A DNA stretch of 64,000 nt from an uncultured Chloroflexia bacterium. Its GTDB lineage: Bacteria; Chloroflexota; Limnocylindria; Limnocylindrales; CSP1-4. A program made the translations under genes and the position numbers. This document shows positions 35,399-44,460 of the stretch, piece after piece (position 1 is the stretch's first letter; each line of letters begins with the position of its first letter). Location of the stretch: contig CAWGTR010000006.1 in NCBI GenBank assembly GCA_963825545.1, positions 223,475 through 287,474 of the forward strand, read 5' to 3'. The notes below the pieces were generated by a model that was given only the letters and a program-made list of their open reading frames with translations, did not search any database and had not been told where the DNA came from.

Positions 35399-36847
35399 AT
35401 GTGGGGGAAGCCAGGGAGGTCCGCCTCCTGCACGGGCGCTGAGGTGGAGCGGAGTATAGCGCAGGGTCCCGCGACGGACGCCCGAGCGAGCCGCCTCCCC
35501 GACCTCCGATCCGGGACCGCCAGGACGGTCGCGGTCGGCCTCGCGATCACCGCGTTGATGCTCGCGGTGTATGTCGTCAGCAACCCCACCCGGGACAGCT
35601 ACTACAACCATTTCGTGTGGCAGGCCGAGGCGTTCCTCGACGGCCGCGCCACCATCCGCTACCCGGTCGCGGACCAGCCCGGGATCCACGGCGACAACCT
35701 GTTCCAGGACGTCCTCCTTGCGCCGGGGCCGCACGGCGAGCCAACCGGCTACGCGCTGCTGCCGTTCCCGCCCCTGCCGGCTGTGATCCTCATGCCGTTC
35801 GTCGCGATCTGGGGCCTGGCCACGGACGCCCAGCTGATCGCAGCGATCCTCGGCGCGCTGGTCGTTGGCATCGCCTTCTGGGTCCTCGGACGCCTGCCGA
35901 TCGCTCCGCGGGTCCGGGTCGCCAGCACGCTCTTCCTCGGCCTGGGCACCGTCTTCTGGTACACGTCCGAGCTGGGGACGACGTGGTACCTCGCGCACGT
36001 CGTCGCCGTCGGGTTCACCCTTCTCGCGATCGGGGTCGCGTTGCGCGGCGATCCGCTCGCGGCGGCAGGAGAACCCGATCCCGAGCCCGATTCGACCCGC
36101 CGCCGGCTCGTGCTCGACCCGGGTCAGGTGTTCGCCGGGTTCCTGTTCGGGCTCGCCTGCACCGCCCGGCTGACCGTGGTCTTCGGCCTGCCGTTCTTCG
36201 TGTTCGTCGGCGGGGGCGGCGACCGCCTTCGGCGTGGCGTGTCGGCCGTCGTCGGCATGGCTGTCCCGATCGGTGCCCTGATCGCCTACACCTACGCCAC
36301 GACCGGGCAGCTGATGAACCCGGGCTACGACGTGCTGTACCACCTCGAGACGGTCTTCTATCCCCAGCTCGGCTACCACAGCGGCTGGGGAATCGAGGAT
36401 CCACGTTACCTCGCCCAGAACGTGCCGCTCATGCTCGCCGGGCTTCCGTCGATCCTGCCTGCCTGCCCGCCGGATGCCGTGCGCGGCTGGTTCGATCCGG
36501 CCTGCCCCGTGATCGCGCCGCGCGACGTGGGGATGGGGCTGTTCCTGACCAGCCCGGCCTGGCTGGTGTCGTTCGCGTCGCTGCGCTGGTTCGGCCGGGA
36601 TCGCCTGGTCACCGGGGCGGTCATCGCCGTCGCGCTGATCGCCCTCGTCGACGTGATGCACTTCAGCCAGGGCTGGGTCCAGTTCGGCTACCGGTTCAGC
36701 AACGACTACGCGCCGTTCGCCCTCCTCCTTTTCGCCTTGGCGCTCGAGGCTGGACGCCGGACCCGGCGGCTCGGCTACGTGCTCATCGCGATCTCGATCG
36801 CGATCGTCACCTGGGGCGTGGCCTGGGGCCACCTCTTGGGATGGTGA
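35399..36847 (+). CDS. GT-C fold membrane glycosyltransferase (ArnT/PMT_2-like), start uncertain
   Basis: 482 aa at most. ...YYNHFVWQAEAFLDGRATIRYPVAD... opens a ~12-TM GT-C-like protein. The ATG at 35399 abuts the divergent giant gene start (35396), so the real start is probably downstream (e.g. GTG 35444). The stop overlaps the next gene (ATGGTGA). Confidence 0.55.
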   Translation: MWGKPGRSASCTGAEVERSIAQGPATDARASRLPDLRSGTARTVAVGLAITALMLAVYVVSNPTRDSYYNHFVWQAEAFLDGRATIRYPVADQPGIHGDNLFQDVLLAPGPHGEPTGYALLPFPPLPAVILMPFVAIWGLATDAQLIAAILGALVVGIAFWVLGRLPIAPRVRVASTLFLGLGTVFWYTSELGTTWYLAHVVAVGFTLLAIGVALRGDPLAAAGEPDPEPDSTRRRLVLDPGQVFAGFLFGLACTARLTVVFGLPFFVFVGGGGDRLRRGVSAVVGMAVPIGALIAYTYATTGQLMNPGYDVLYHLETVFYPQLGYHSGWGIEDPRYLAQNVPLMLAGLPSILPACPPDAVRGWFDPACPVIAPRDVGMGLFLTSPAWLVSFASLRWFGRDRLVTGAVIAVALIALVDVMHFSQGWVQFGYRFSNDYAPFALLLFALALEAGRRTRRLGYVLIAISIAIVTWGVAWGHLLGW

Positions 36848-38403
36848 TCGCCGCGCGCCCCGCAGGGCCGACGACCGGGCTCGTCCTCGCCGCGCTGGGG
36901 TCGGCCGTCTTCGCCCTGGCGATCGCCGTCCCGACGCTCCTGCCCGGCGTGTCGTTCTGGGACACGGCCGAGCTGCAGACGGTCGGGCCGCTGCTCGGGA
37001 CGGCGCACCCGACCGGCTTCCCGACCTGGGTGATCCTCGGCTGGCTCGCATCGATCGTGTTCCAGCCGCTCGGCGACCCGGCGTTCCGGATGAACCTGCT
37101 CAACGCCGTCTGCCTGGCCGTGGCCGCCGCCCTGATGGCCGTGCTCGTCCATCGGCTGACCGCGCGCGCCTGGCTCGCCTTCGCCTTCGGCGTGGTCCTG
37201 GCGGCGACACCGATCGCCTGGTCGATCGGGACCCATGCCGACGTTCACGGGCTTCATCTCGTCCTGTGCGCCCTCCTGCTCATCCTGCTCGTCGACTGGG
37301 AACGGCTCGAGCGGTCGGGGGCTGCCGGCGCGGACCGCCGCCTGGTGGCCGCGACGATCGTCTTCGCCCTCGCGCTCGGGAACCACAGCCTCGTGCTCCT
37401 GTTCGTGCCCGGGATCGTCCTGTTCGTGTTCGCGGTCGCGCCGTCGATCCTCGGCCGTCGCCGGCTGGTCGGGGCCTGCGTGGCGGCCCTTGCCGGGACG
37501 CTCGTCGTCGTGTACCTCGAGCTGCCGGTCCGCGCCGGGCTCATGCCGGCGCCGCTGGTGTACGGCCATCCCGACACCTGGGCGGGGTTCTGGTACATCG
37601 TCCTGGCAGAGCAGTTCCAGGGCAGCCTCATCGACCCGCTGGGCGAGCTCCCCCAGAAGGCGGCGACGCTCGTTCGCTTCAGCGGCGACCAGCTCGGACC
37701 ACTCGCCTTGCTGGTCCCGCTCGGGTTCGCGGCGACGATCGTCCGCCGGCCGCGCTACGCGGTGCTGACCGGCCTGACTCTGGCGATCACCTGCTTCTTC
37801 GCGGTGTCCTACGACAACGCCCAGATCGACCGCTACTACCTCGTACCGGCGCTCATCGCGCTGAGCTGGGTGGCGGTCCTCTTGGCGACGGTCGTCGACT
37901 GGCTCGAGCGGCGGATCGTGCCGGGCGGGCTCGATCGCCATGGGGACCGGGCGCCGCGGCCGGTCGTCGGGCTCCTCCTCGCCGCGCTCGTCGTCGTTCC
38001 GACAGCGGTGCTCCTGCCGGCGCGCTGGCAGGCAGTCGACCAGAGCGCGAACCGATCGGGCGACGCATGGCTCGACGCGCTGCTCGACGAGCGGGTCGCC
38101 GGCCCCGGGGCGGTGATCGTCTCGTGGTGGAGCTACTCGACCCCGCTATGGTACGCGCAGCACATCGACGACCGGCGACCGGACATCCGGGTCGTCGACG
38201 ACCGGACCCGCCTCGACGAGAACCTCGGAGCCATCAGCGACGTGATCGACAGCAACCTCGGACGCCACCCCGTCCTCGTCATCCAGGTCGACCCGGCTAT
38301 CGTCGGCTCGCTCATGGAGCGCTACCGGCTGACGCCCCTGCCCGTTCCGGGCTCGCAGGTCGTGTACCGGGTCGACGGGGTCCTCGCCGCGGCCAATCGA
38401 TGA
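36841..38403 (+). CDS. DUF2723/TMEM260-like GT-C membrane glycosyltransferase
   Basis: 520 aa. N-terminal signature VSFWDTAELQTVGPLLGTAHPTGFPTWVILGW is DUF2723-like, followed by ~10 TM helices and a soluble C-terminal domain. Confidence 0.6.
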   Translation: MVIAARPAGPTTGLVLAALGSAVFALAIAVPTLLPGVSFWDTAELQTVGPLLGTAHPTGFPTWVILGWLASIVFQPLGDPAFRMNLLNAVCLAVAAALMAVLVHRLTARAWLAFAFGVVLAATPIAWSIGTHADVHGLHLVLCALLLILLVDWERLERSGAAGADRRLVAATIVFALALGNHSLVLLFVPGIVLFVFAVAPSILGRRRLVGACVAALAGTLVVVYLELPVRAGLMPAPLVYGHPDTWAGFWYIVLAEQFQGSLIDPLGELPQKAATLVRFSGDQLGPLALLVPLGFAATIVRRPRYAVLTGLTLAITCFFAVSYDNAQIDRYYLVPALIALSWVAVLLATVVDWLERRIVPGGLDRHGDRAPRPVVGLLLAALVVVPTAVLLPARWQAVDQSANRSGDAWLDALLDERVAGPGAVIVSWWSYSTPLWYAQHIDDRRPDIRVVDDRTRLDENLGAISDVIDSNLGRHPVLVIQVDPAIVGSLMERYRLTPLPVPGSQVVYRVDGVLAAANR

Positions 38404-39176
38404 CCGACCCGGCGGCGAACCCGGATCGCCTCGCGGAGCTGTCGTACTTCTTCCCGGCCCACAACGAGGAGGCCAACCTCGAGCCGCTCGTGACGGAGGC
38501 GCTGGCGACCCTGCCCGAGCTCGCCGGCCGTTTCGAGGTCGTGATCGTCGACGACGGCTCGCGCGATGCCACTGCCGAGATCGCCGATCGACTTGCCGCC
38601 GCCCATCCTGACCTCGTCCGTGTGGTCCACCACGAGACGAACCGCGGCTACGGAGCCGCGTTGCGGTCCGGCTTTCGGGCCGCGAGATTCGGCTACGTCG
38701 CCTTCACCGACGGCGACCGGCAGTTCAAGATCGCCGACCTGGCCCGGCTGACGGCCCGGATGGGCGCCCCCGACCGACCCGACGTCGTGATCGGTTTCCG
38801 CATCCGACGGGCGGACCCGATCATCCGGACGATCTACGCCCGGTCCTACCGGCTGGCGAACCGGGTCTTCTTCGGGCTGCGGGCGACCGACGTCGACTGC
38901 GCCTGCAAGCTCTACCGGCGCGAGGCGCTCGACGGGATCCGGGTCGAGTCCGGCGGCGCCTTCCTGTCCGCCGAGCTGCTGATCAAGCTCCGGGCACGCG
39001 GCCGATCCGTCGTCGAGGTCGGCGTCCCGCACTACCCACGCACGGCCGGCTCACCGACCGGGGCCCGGCCGCAGGTGATCGTCCGGGCCGTTCGCGACTT
39101 CTGGATGCTCCGGCTGCGGATGTGGGCGTCGCGGGACCGGGCGCTGTCGCGCGGGGCATCGATCCTGGGCGACTGA
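38400..39176 (+). CDS. GT2 polyprenol-monophosphomannose synthase-like (Ppm1/Dpm1 catalytic domain)
   Basis: ATGA overlap with the DUF2723 gene. LSYFFPAHNEEANLEPLV...EVVIVDDGSRDATAEIADRL...VRVVHHETNRGYGAALRSGF...YVAFTDGDRQF... is the GT2 DxD/Dpm1 pattern. Confidence 0.8.
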   Translation: MTDPAANPDRLAELSYFFPAHNEEANLEPLVTEALATLPELAGRFEVVIVDDGSRDATAEIADRLAAAHPDLVRVVHHETNRGYGAALRSGFRAARFGYVAFTDGDRQFKIADLARLTARMGAPDRPDVVIGFRIRRADPIIRTIYARSYRLANRVFFGLRATDVDCACKLYRREALDGIRVESGGAFLSAELLIKLRARGRSVVEVGVPHYPRTAGSPTGARPQVIVRAVRDFWMLRLRMWASRDRALSRGASILGD

Positions 39177-39231
39177 CCGGTGGCCGGAGGGCCGTGGTCC
39201 CTTCGAGGAGCGATCCGGGCCGGCTCGCCGG

Positions 39232-39789
39232 TCAGTCCGGCCGCGGGCCCTCGCGGGTCCCGGCGTCGCCGCCGAGGTCGAGCGAGTTGATGAAGTCGCG
39301 GAAGACATCGAGCCGCGGGTCGGCCGGCGAGGCCGCCTCACTCGTCGACTCGAGGTCCTCGATCGAGCTGGCCTCGCCGTCGTCCGGCCGCACCCCGGCC
39401 CGGTCCAGGACCTCGTCGGCGGCGAAGATCTGCACCCCGGCCCGGACCGCCAGCGCGAGCGCGTCCGAGGGGCGCGAGTCGACCTCGAGCTCGCGCTCAC
39501 CCGACTGGAGGAAGAGCCGGGCGTGGAACGTCTCCTCGGCCAGCGAGGAGATGACGACGCGCCGGATCGAGACCCCCAGCTCGTCGAGCGTCGAGGAGAA
39601 CAGGTCGTGGGTCAGCGGTCGCTCGGACGACACACCCTGCAGCTTCATGGCGATCGCGTTCGCCTCCCACGGCCCGATCCAGATCGGGAGGTAGCGCTCG
39701 CGGTCGAGCTCCTTGAGGATCACCACGTGCTGGCTCGACGGCATGTGGACCCGCACGCTCTCGACGACCATCTCCACGAGCTGCGCCAT
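39232..39789 (-). CDS. bifunctional nuclease family protein (BFN/DUF151)
   Basis: MAQLVEMVVESVRVHMPSSQHVVILKELDRERYLPIWIGPWEANAIAMKLQG... is the DUF151 signature. Confidence 0.7.
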   Translation of the reverse strand: MAQLVEMVVESVRVHMPSSQHVVILKELDRERYLPIWIGPWEANAIAMKLQGVSSERPLTHDLFSSTLDELGVSIRRVVISSLAEETFHARLFLQSGERELEVDSRPSDALALAVRAGVQIFAADEVLDRAGVRPDDGEASSIEDLESTSEAASPADPRLDVFRDFINSLDLGGDAGTREGPRPD

Positions 39790-39850
39790 GGGCGGATTAT
39801 CCCACGCTCACCGGACGACCGGCCTTCGGGTCGGGCCGCGCCGGCGCTGC

Positions 39851-40555
39851 TCAACCCGAGCCGACCGGGCGCGGCCGGGCGCGACGGACGAGCAGGCCGA
39901 CGAGCATCCCCGTCACGAACCCGCCGATGTGGGCGAAGATCGCGACGCCGCCGACCACGTCCTCGACGCCGAGCGATGCCAGCCCGTCGATGACCTGCAG
40001 GACGAACCACAGGCCGAGCACCAGGATCGACGGGACCTCGGTGAGCTGGAAGAACACGACGAGAAACACGATCGCCAGGACACGTGCCCGCGGGAACAGC
40101 ACGGCGTACGCGCCGAGGACGGCGGCGATCGCCCCCGAGGCACCCACGAGCGGCGTGTCGGAGCGCGGGTCGATCGCAACCTGGGCGAGGCCGGCCACGA
40201 CCCCGCCGGCGAGGAAGAAGGCCAGGTAGGCCGGCCGGCCGAGACGGTCCTCGACGTTGTTGCCGAAGATCCACAGGTAGAGCAGGTTCGCCCCGATGTG
40301 CAGCCAGCCGCCGTGCAGGAACTGGTACGTGATCAGGGTGACGAGCGACCAGTCGAGCAGGTGTCCGGACTGGAGCGCATCGACCAGGTTGCTCGGGACG
40401 AGCCCGAACGTCTCGAAAAGCTTCGTGAGGGCATCCTCGCCACCGGTCGCCTGGACGGCCAGCTCGACCGCGAAGACCACGAAGCAGGCGATGATGATCG
40501 CGGCCGTCACCACCGGGGTCCGGCGGGTCGGGTTCGCGTCCCGGAGGGGGATCAC
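39851..40555 (-). CDS. rhomboid-family intramembrane serine protease
   Basis: 6-TM protein with the catalytic Ser in GASGAIAAVLGAY and His in FAHIGGFVTG; also the LHGGWLHIGANL motif. Confidence 0.8.
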   Translation of the reverse strand: MIPLRDANPTRRTPVVTAAIIIACFVVFAVELAVQATGGEDALTKLFETFGLVPSNLVDALQSGHLLDWSLVTLITYQFLHGGWLHIGANLLYLWIFGNNVEDRLGRPAYLAFFLAGGVVAGLAQVAIDPRSDTPLVGASGAIAAVLGAYAVLFPRARVLAIVFLVVFFQLTEVPSILVLGLWFVLQVIDGLASLGVEDVVGGVAIFAHIGGFVTGMLVGLLVRRARPRPVGSG

Positions 40556-40559
40556 GCGA

Positions 40560-42842
40560 TCACGGCTTTGGCGTCCTCTTCGGCTTCTTCGTCGCCTTGG
40601 GCGTCGGCTTCGGCGTCGCCGCCGGGCTCGCCCCGGCGCTCGGGCTGGGGGACGCGGTGGGCGCCTTGACCGCCTCGAGGAGCGAGCTCATGAGCCGGTT
40701 CTTGTCGATCCAGACGACCGAGTCGGGGATGTCGCCCGTCCCCGGCAGGACGTAGAACCCGCGCAGGTCGGACCAGCCGGCGTCGTCGCTCGCGAGACGG
40801 TACTGGGCCTGGACCGCACCGCTGTCCTTCGACAGGGCGATGATCCGGCGGTTCGCCTTGTCGTAGCCGTAGATCGACCCGGTGTCCTTGATCGAGCCGG
40901 TCGCGATGTCGCTGTAGGCGGGCGGCGTGCGCAGGAGACCGTCGCCGGGATCGGCCGGCTTCCAGCCGGTCGTGCCGCCGCGGACGAAGCGGGCGATCGT
41001 GCCCGACCGCGACAGGTAGATGTCGCCGTCGATGACCATCGCGTCGACCGCCGAGACGTCCTGCGGCGCGGCCAGCCAGTTCGTCGGGTCGGCCGGGAAG
41101 CCGGAGCCGTCGAAGGCGGGCGAATAGGCCAGGATCTGCTTGGACGACGGGTCGACGACGTACAGGTTGTAGAGGCCCTGCTCGACGTTCCGGATGAACG
41201 CCCCGATCGCCCGGACGTCGTCGCCCCAGCTCGACGACTGGGTGACGTTGACCCGCCCGAGAGTGCCCCGGCCGGAGGTCTTGTCGGCCGGCCGCCAGCG
41301 CCACAGCACGTTCTTGGCGTCGAGGATCAGGAGATCCGGGCCGGCGAGGGTGATGAACTTCGGGTTGCCGACCTTGGCCGTTGTTCCACGCACGACCTGG
41401 CCGGCGCGCGCGACCGGGACGGCCTTGCCGCCCTTCACGTCGACGCGGTAGACGGAGTTCGTCGCGGCGTCGAGGACGTACGGCGCGCCGTCCGGACCCA
41501 GCGACACCGCCTGGAGGTCGACCGGCGGCTTGGCGTCGGCGAACGAGAACAGCGCCGTCTCGCCGACCGACTGCATCCCGTACAGCTGGTCGAGCCCGTC
41601 GCGGGTCTTGGCCCGCAACGGATCGATCGCGCTGGCCGGGATCCCGGCCTGGGCCGCGGCGTCGAGCTGCTGCCAGGCCGTGGTCAGCAGGTCGGTCGCC
41701 CGAGGCGGGTCGTCCTTGACCAGGTCGACTCCCGGTGCGTACACCTGGTCGATCGCCGTCTTCGCCGACATCAGCGCCTTCTGCCCGGCCGTGAGCGAGC
41801 CCAGGTTGGCGTTCGAGCCGCTGCGGCCGCCGACGTACCAGATCCCGAGCCCCAGGATGGCCACGAAGACGATCAGGGCGAGCGCGGCGACGGCCGCCCG
41901 GCGCTGCGTCTCGCGCCTGGACGACTGGGTTGTCACCCGCCGGTCGGACGGCCCGGATCGCCGCGGCAGGCGGTCCTGGACGCCGCCGAGCAACCGCCCG
42001 GCTGCGCCCCCGGCTGCCGTCCTGGCCTGGCGGGCCGACTGCTGGACCACCGCTGCACCCGCTGTGACGCTGTCGGCAAGCGGGATCGGCGACTTGTCCG
42101 GGGTGCCCGCCAGCGGCTCCGGCGGCTTGACCGGGACGAGCTTGCGCTGCTTCGTCGTCGCCGAGACCTCGGTCGCCTCGAAGGCGATCGCCCCGTCGCT
42201 GCCGGTCCCGTCGGCGGCGATGAAGCGATGGTGGAGGTGCTCCATCGCCGACTGCGGATGGAGCGTGACCATCGCGTCCTTGAGCTCGTCGGGTCCCAGC
42301 CGGCCGACGAGGTTCGGCGAGGCGAGCACGACCGAGTCGCCGACGGAGATCTCGCCGCGCCAGACGTCCGGCTCGATGTCCGTCGTGGGCAGGCCGCGCT
42401 CGCGGTGGGGGTCCGGCAGCGTCGACAGCCGTGCCTGCCGGATCAGGTAGGCCTCGGCCGGCCCGACCGTCACGACGTACAGCTCGTTGCCGCGGACCAC
42501 GGCGGCGGCCACCCCGATCGGGCCGTTCGTCTCGTCGCCGGCCAGCCGCTCGCGCTGGTGGCCGAGCTTCTTGTTTGCCGCCTTGATCGCCTTCTCGAGG
42601 CAGACGACGATCCCGGCCGACTCGTCGTAGTAGTACTCGCGCCGGACCGTCTCGGCGACCTGGCGGGTGACCTCGCGCAGCCGCCCGCCGGGCGTGCGGC
42701 CCGTGACGAGCAGGTAGAGGTTGCCCTTCGAGCGAACGATCGAGCCGATCGTGGGCTCCTCGGGGACGACCGTGTCCGGCGAGTCGGGGAGGCGGTCTTG
42801 CTCGGCCACGAAGCCGAGCTTCATCTGGAGCCGTGCGGCCAA
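40560..42842 (-). CDS. bitopic membrane protein: cytoplasmic PP2C-like (catalytically degenerate) domain, single TM, extracellular beta-rich domain, Pro/Lys-rich basic tail
   Basis: N-domain ...NLYLLVTGRTPGG...REYYYDES...GPIGVAAAVVRGNELYVVTVGPAEAYLIRQ...GDSVVLASPNL parallels PP2C blocks but lacks the metal-binding Asp residues. TM helix AAVAALALIVFVAILGLGIWYV. C-terminal tail PTASPSPSAGASPAATPKPTPKATKKPKRTPKP. Confidence 0.5.
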   Translation of the reverse strand: MAARLQMKLGFVAEQDRLPDSPDTVVPEEPTIGSIVRSKGNLYLLVTGRTPGGRLREVTRQVAETVRREYYYDESAGIVVCLEKAIKAANKKLGHQRERLAGDETNGPIGVAAAVVRGNELYVVTVGPAEAYLIRQARLSTLPDPHRERGLPTTDIEPDVWRGEISVGDSVVLASPNLVGRLGPDELKDAMVTLHPQSAMEHLHHRFIAADGTGSDGAIAFEATEVSATTKQRKLVPVKPPEPLAGTPDKSPIPLADSVTAGAAVVQQSARQARTAAGGAAGRLLGGVQDRLPRRSGPSDRRVTTQSSRRETQRRAAVAALALIVFVAILGLGIWYVGGRSGSNANLGSLTAGQKALMSAKTAIDQVYAPGVDLVKDDPPRATDLLTTAWQQLDAAAQAGIPASAIDPLRAKTRDGLDQLYGMQSVGETALFSFADAKPPVDLQAVSLGPDGAPYVLDAATNSVYRVDVKGGKAVPVARAGQVVRGTTAKVGNPKFITLAGPDLLILDAKNVLWRWRPADKTSGRGTLGRVNVTQSSSWGDDVRAIGAFIRNVEQGLYNLYVVDPSSKQILAYSPAFDGSGFPADPTNWLAAPQDVSAVDAMVIDGDIYLSRSGTIARFVRGGTTGWKPADPGDGLLRTPPAYSDIATGSIKDTGSIYGYDKANRRIIALSKDSGAVQAQYRLASDDAGWSDLRGFYVLPGTGDIPDSVVWIDKNRLMSSLLEAVKAPTASPSPSAGASPAATPKPTPKATKKPKRTPKP

Positions 42843-42953
42843 TGGGGGCCTCGTCTCGGATCTGGCGGGCTGGGCGGGTCCGGGCGCCCGGCTGGCTGGT
42901 CGAGGTCTCGAGGACGGGCTCCCGACCCCCGAGCGGCTGGCAGGCCTGCCGGA

Positions 42954-43271
42954 TTATACCCGCCGCACCCGGACGCGAAGCCCGCTCGCCCCGAACCCGC
43001 CAGGGGCGTTCCGGAAGGCCCCGAGGAGCTCGGGGCCTCGCATCCGCAGCTCCTGGGCCACGATCGGCGCGTCGGTCTCCACGAGCAGCGCATCGCCCTC
43101 CAGGCCGACCAGGCGGCAGGCACCCGTGGCGGCCGGGACGCGCTCCGCCACGAGGGCGTCCCAGGTCGTCGTCGCGCGTGCCAGGCGGAGTTCGGCCTCG
43201 AGCCCGAGCGCTCGGGCGGCGGCCGGGAGGAGGTCGCCGATCCGCTCCATCGGCCGTCGGCGGGAGGTCAT
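42954..43271 (-). CDS. DUF721 (DciA-like) protein
   Basis: 105 aa; LGLEAELRLARATTTWDALVAERVPAATGACRLVGLEGDALLVETDAPIVAQELRMR is the DUF721 pattern, in the position immediately after recF that is conserved in Actinobacteria. Confidence 0.6.
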   Translation of the reverse strand: MTSRRRPMERIGDLLPAAARALGLEAELRLARATTTWDALVAERVPAATGACRLVGLEGDALLVETDAPIVAQELRMRGPELLGAFRNAPGGFGASGLRVRVRRV

Positions 43272-44452
43272 CGCACGCCCGCGATCGTGCCCGGGCCACC
43301 GAGCGTCGCGCCATCCGGCCCGGCCTCGACGGCCCAGCTGGAGCCGGCGGCGCGGAGGGCCGGATCGAGGTCGTCGAGCGTTGTCGTCGTCACGAACGCC
43401 TGGGGCAGGTCCGCGATCCGACGGACCAGATGGGCCCGTCGCTCCGGATCGAGCTCACTGAAGACGTCGTCGAGCAGGAGCAGTGGCGGGCGTCCGTCGA
43501 CCGTGGTCAGCACGTCGAGCTCGGCGAGCTTGAAGGCGAGGATCGCCGTTCGCTGCTGGCCGCGCGAGGCGAAGCCGGCCAGGTCCCGACCCTCCAGCTC
43601 GAACACGAGGTCGTCGCGGTGGGGCCCGACCAGCGTCGTCCCGTTCCAGACCTCCTTCTCGGCCGTCTCCGTCAGGCGCCGGGTCAGCGCCGCCCGCACC
43701 GACTCACCCGGCCGCGCAGGAGCGTTCGTCTCGTAGCGCACGGCAAGCCGCCCCTCGTCCGGCGCGATCTCCGCATGGGCGCGGGCAAGCGGCTCGGCGA
43801 CCGCGGCGAGCGTCTCGAGACGGCCCTCGACGACCGCGCTGCCGGACTCGAGGAGGGCACCGTCCCAGAAGCGGAGCTCGCCCGGGTCGGCGGTCCCCTC
43901 GCGGATCGCCCGCAACAGGCCGTTGCGCTGCTGGAGCGCTCGCCCATACGTCGCGAGATCCGCCCCGAACCGGGCTGCCCGGCTGGCGGCCAGCGCGTCG
44001 ATCGTGGTGCGGCGGAGACCCGGCGAGCCCGCCACGAGGAGCATGTCCTCGGGCGCGAAGATCACGACCCGCAGCGAGGCCGAGAGCGCCGTCACGCGGC
44101 GGGCCACGCCGTTGACCCGGATCCGCTTGCGCTGGCCGCCGGCGCCTTCCCGCGCGAGCGCGACCTCGACAACCGTCGGATCGGCTGCCGTCGCGCCCGT
44201 CGCCGGCTCGGCTACGAACCGACCCTCAACCCGTGCCAGGTCGCTCCCCCAGCGGATCAGCTCGACGTCGGTGCTGGTTCGGTGGGAGCGGCCCCAGGCC
44301 AGCAGGACGATCGCCTCCAGCAGGCTCGTCTTGCCCGCCGCGTTCGGGCCCCAGACGAGCTGAGGACCAGGGCCGAACTCGGCCTCGAGCGCTCCGTAGC
44401 CGCGCAGGTCGCGCAGGCTGATCGACGCGAGCAGGACGCTCCGGGTGCGGAC
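43268..44452 (-). CDS. recF: DNA replication/repair protein RecF (start codon non-canonical or unresolved)
   Basis: N-terminus ...VRTRSVLLASISLRDLRGYGALEAEFGPGPQLVWGPNAAGKTSLLEAIVLLAWGRSHRT (Walker A) continues into the tracked 43268..44107 ORF. There is no in-frame ATG/GTG/TTG upstream of Met-44107. A perfect AGGAGG overlapping the dnaN stop is followed 4 nt later by GTC (44452-44450). Confidence 0.75.
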   Translation of the reverse strand, partial: VRTRSVLLASISLRDLRGYGALEAEFGPGPQLVWGPNAAGKTSLLEAIVLLAWGRSHRTSTDVELIRWGSDLARVEGRFVAEPATGATAADPTVVEVALAREGAGGQRKRIRVNGVARRVTALSASLRVVIFAPEDMLLVAGSPGLRRTTIDALAASRAARFGADLATYGRALQQRNGLLRAIREGTADPGELRFWDGALLESGSAVVEGRLETLAAVAEPLARAHAEIAPDEGRLAVRYETNAPARPGESVRAALTRRLTETAEKEVWNGTTLVGPHRDDLVFELEGRDLAGFASRGQQRTAILAFKLAELDVLTTVDGRPPLLLLDDVFSELDPERRAHLVRRIADLPQAFVTTTTLDDLDPALRAAGSSWAVEAGPDGATLGGPGTIAGVR

Positions 44453-44460
44453 CCGGCCTC

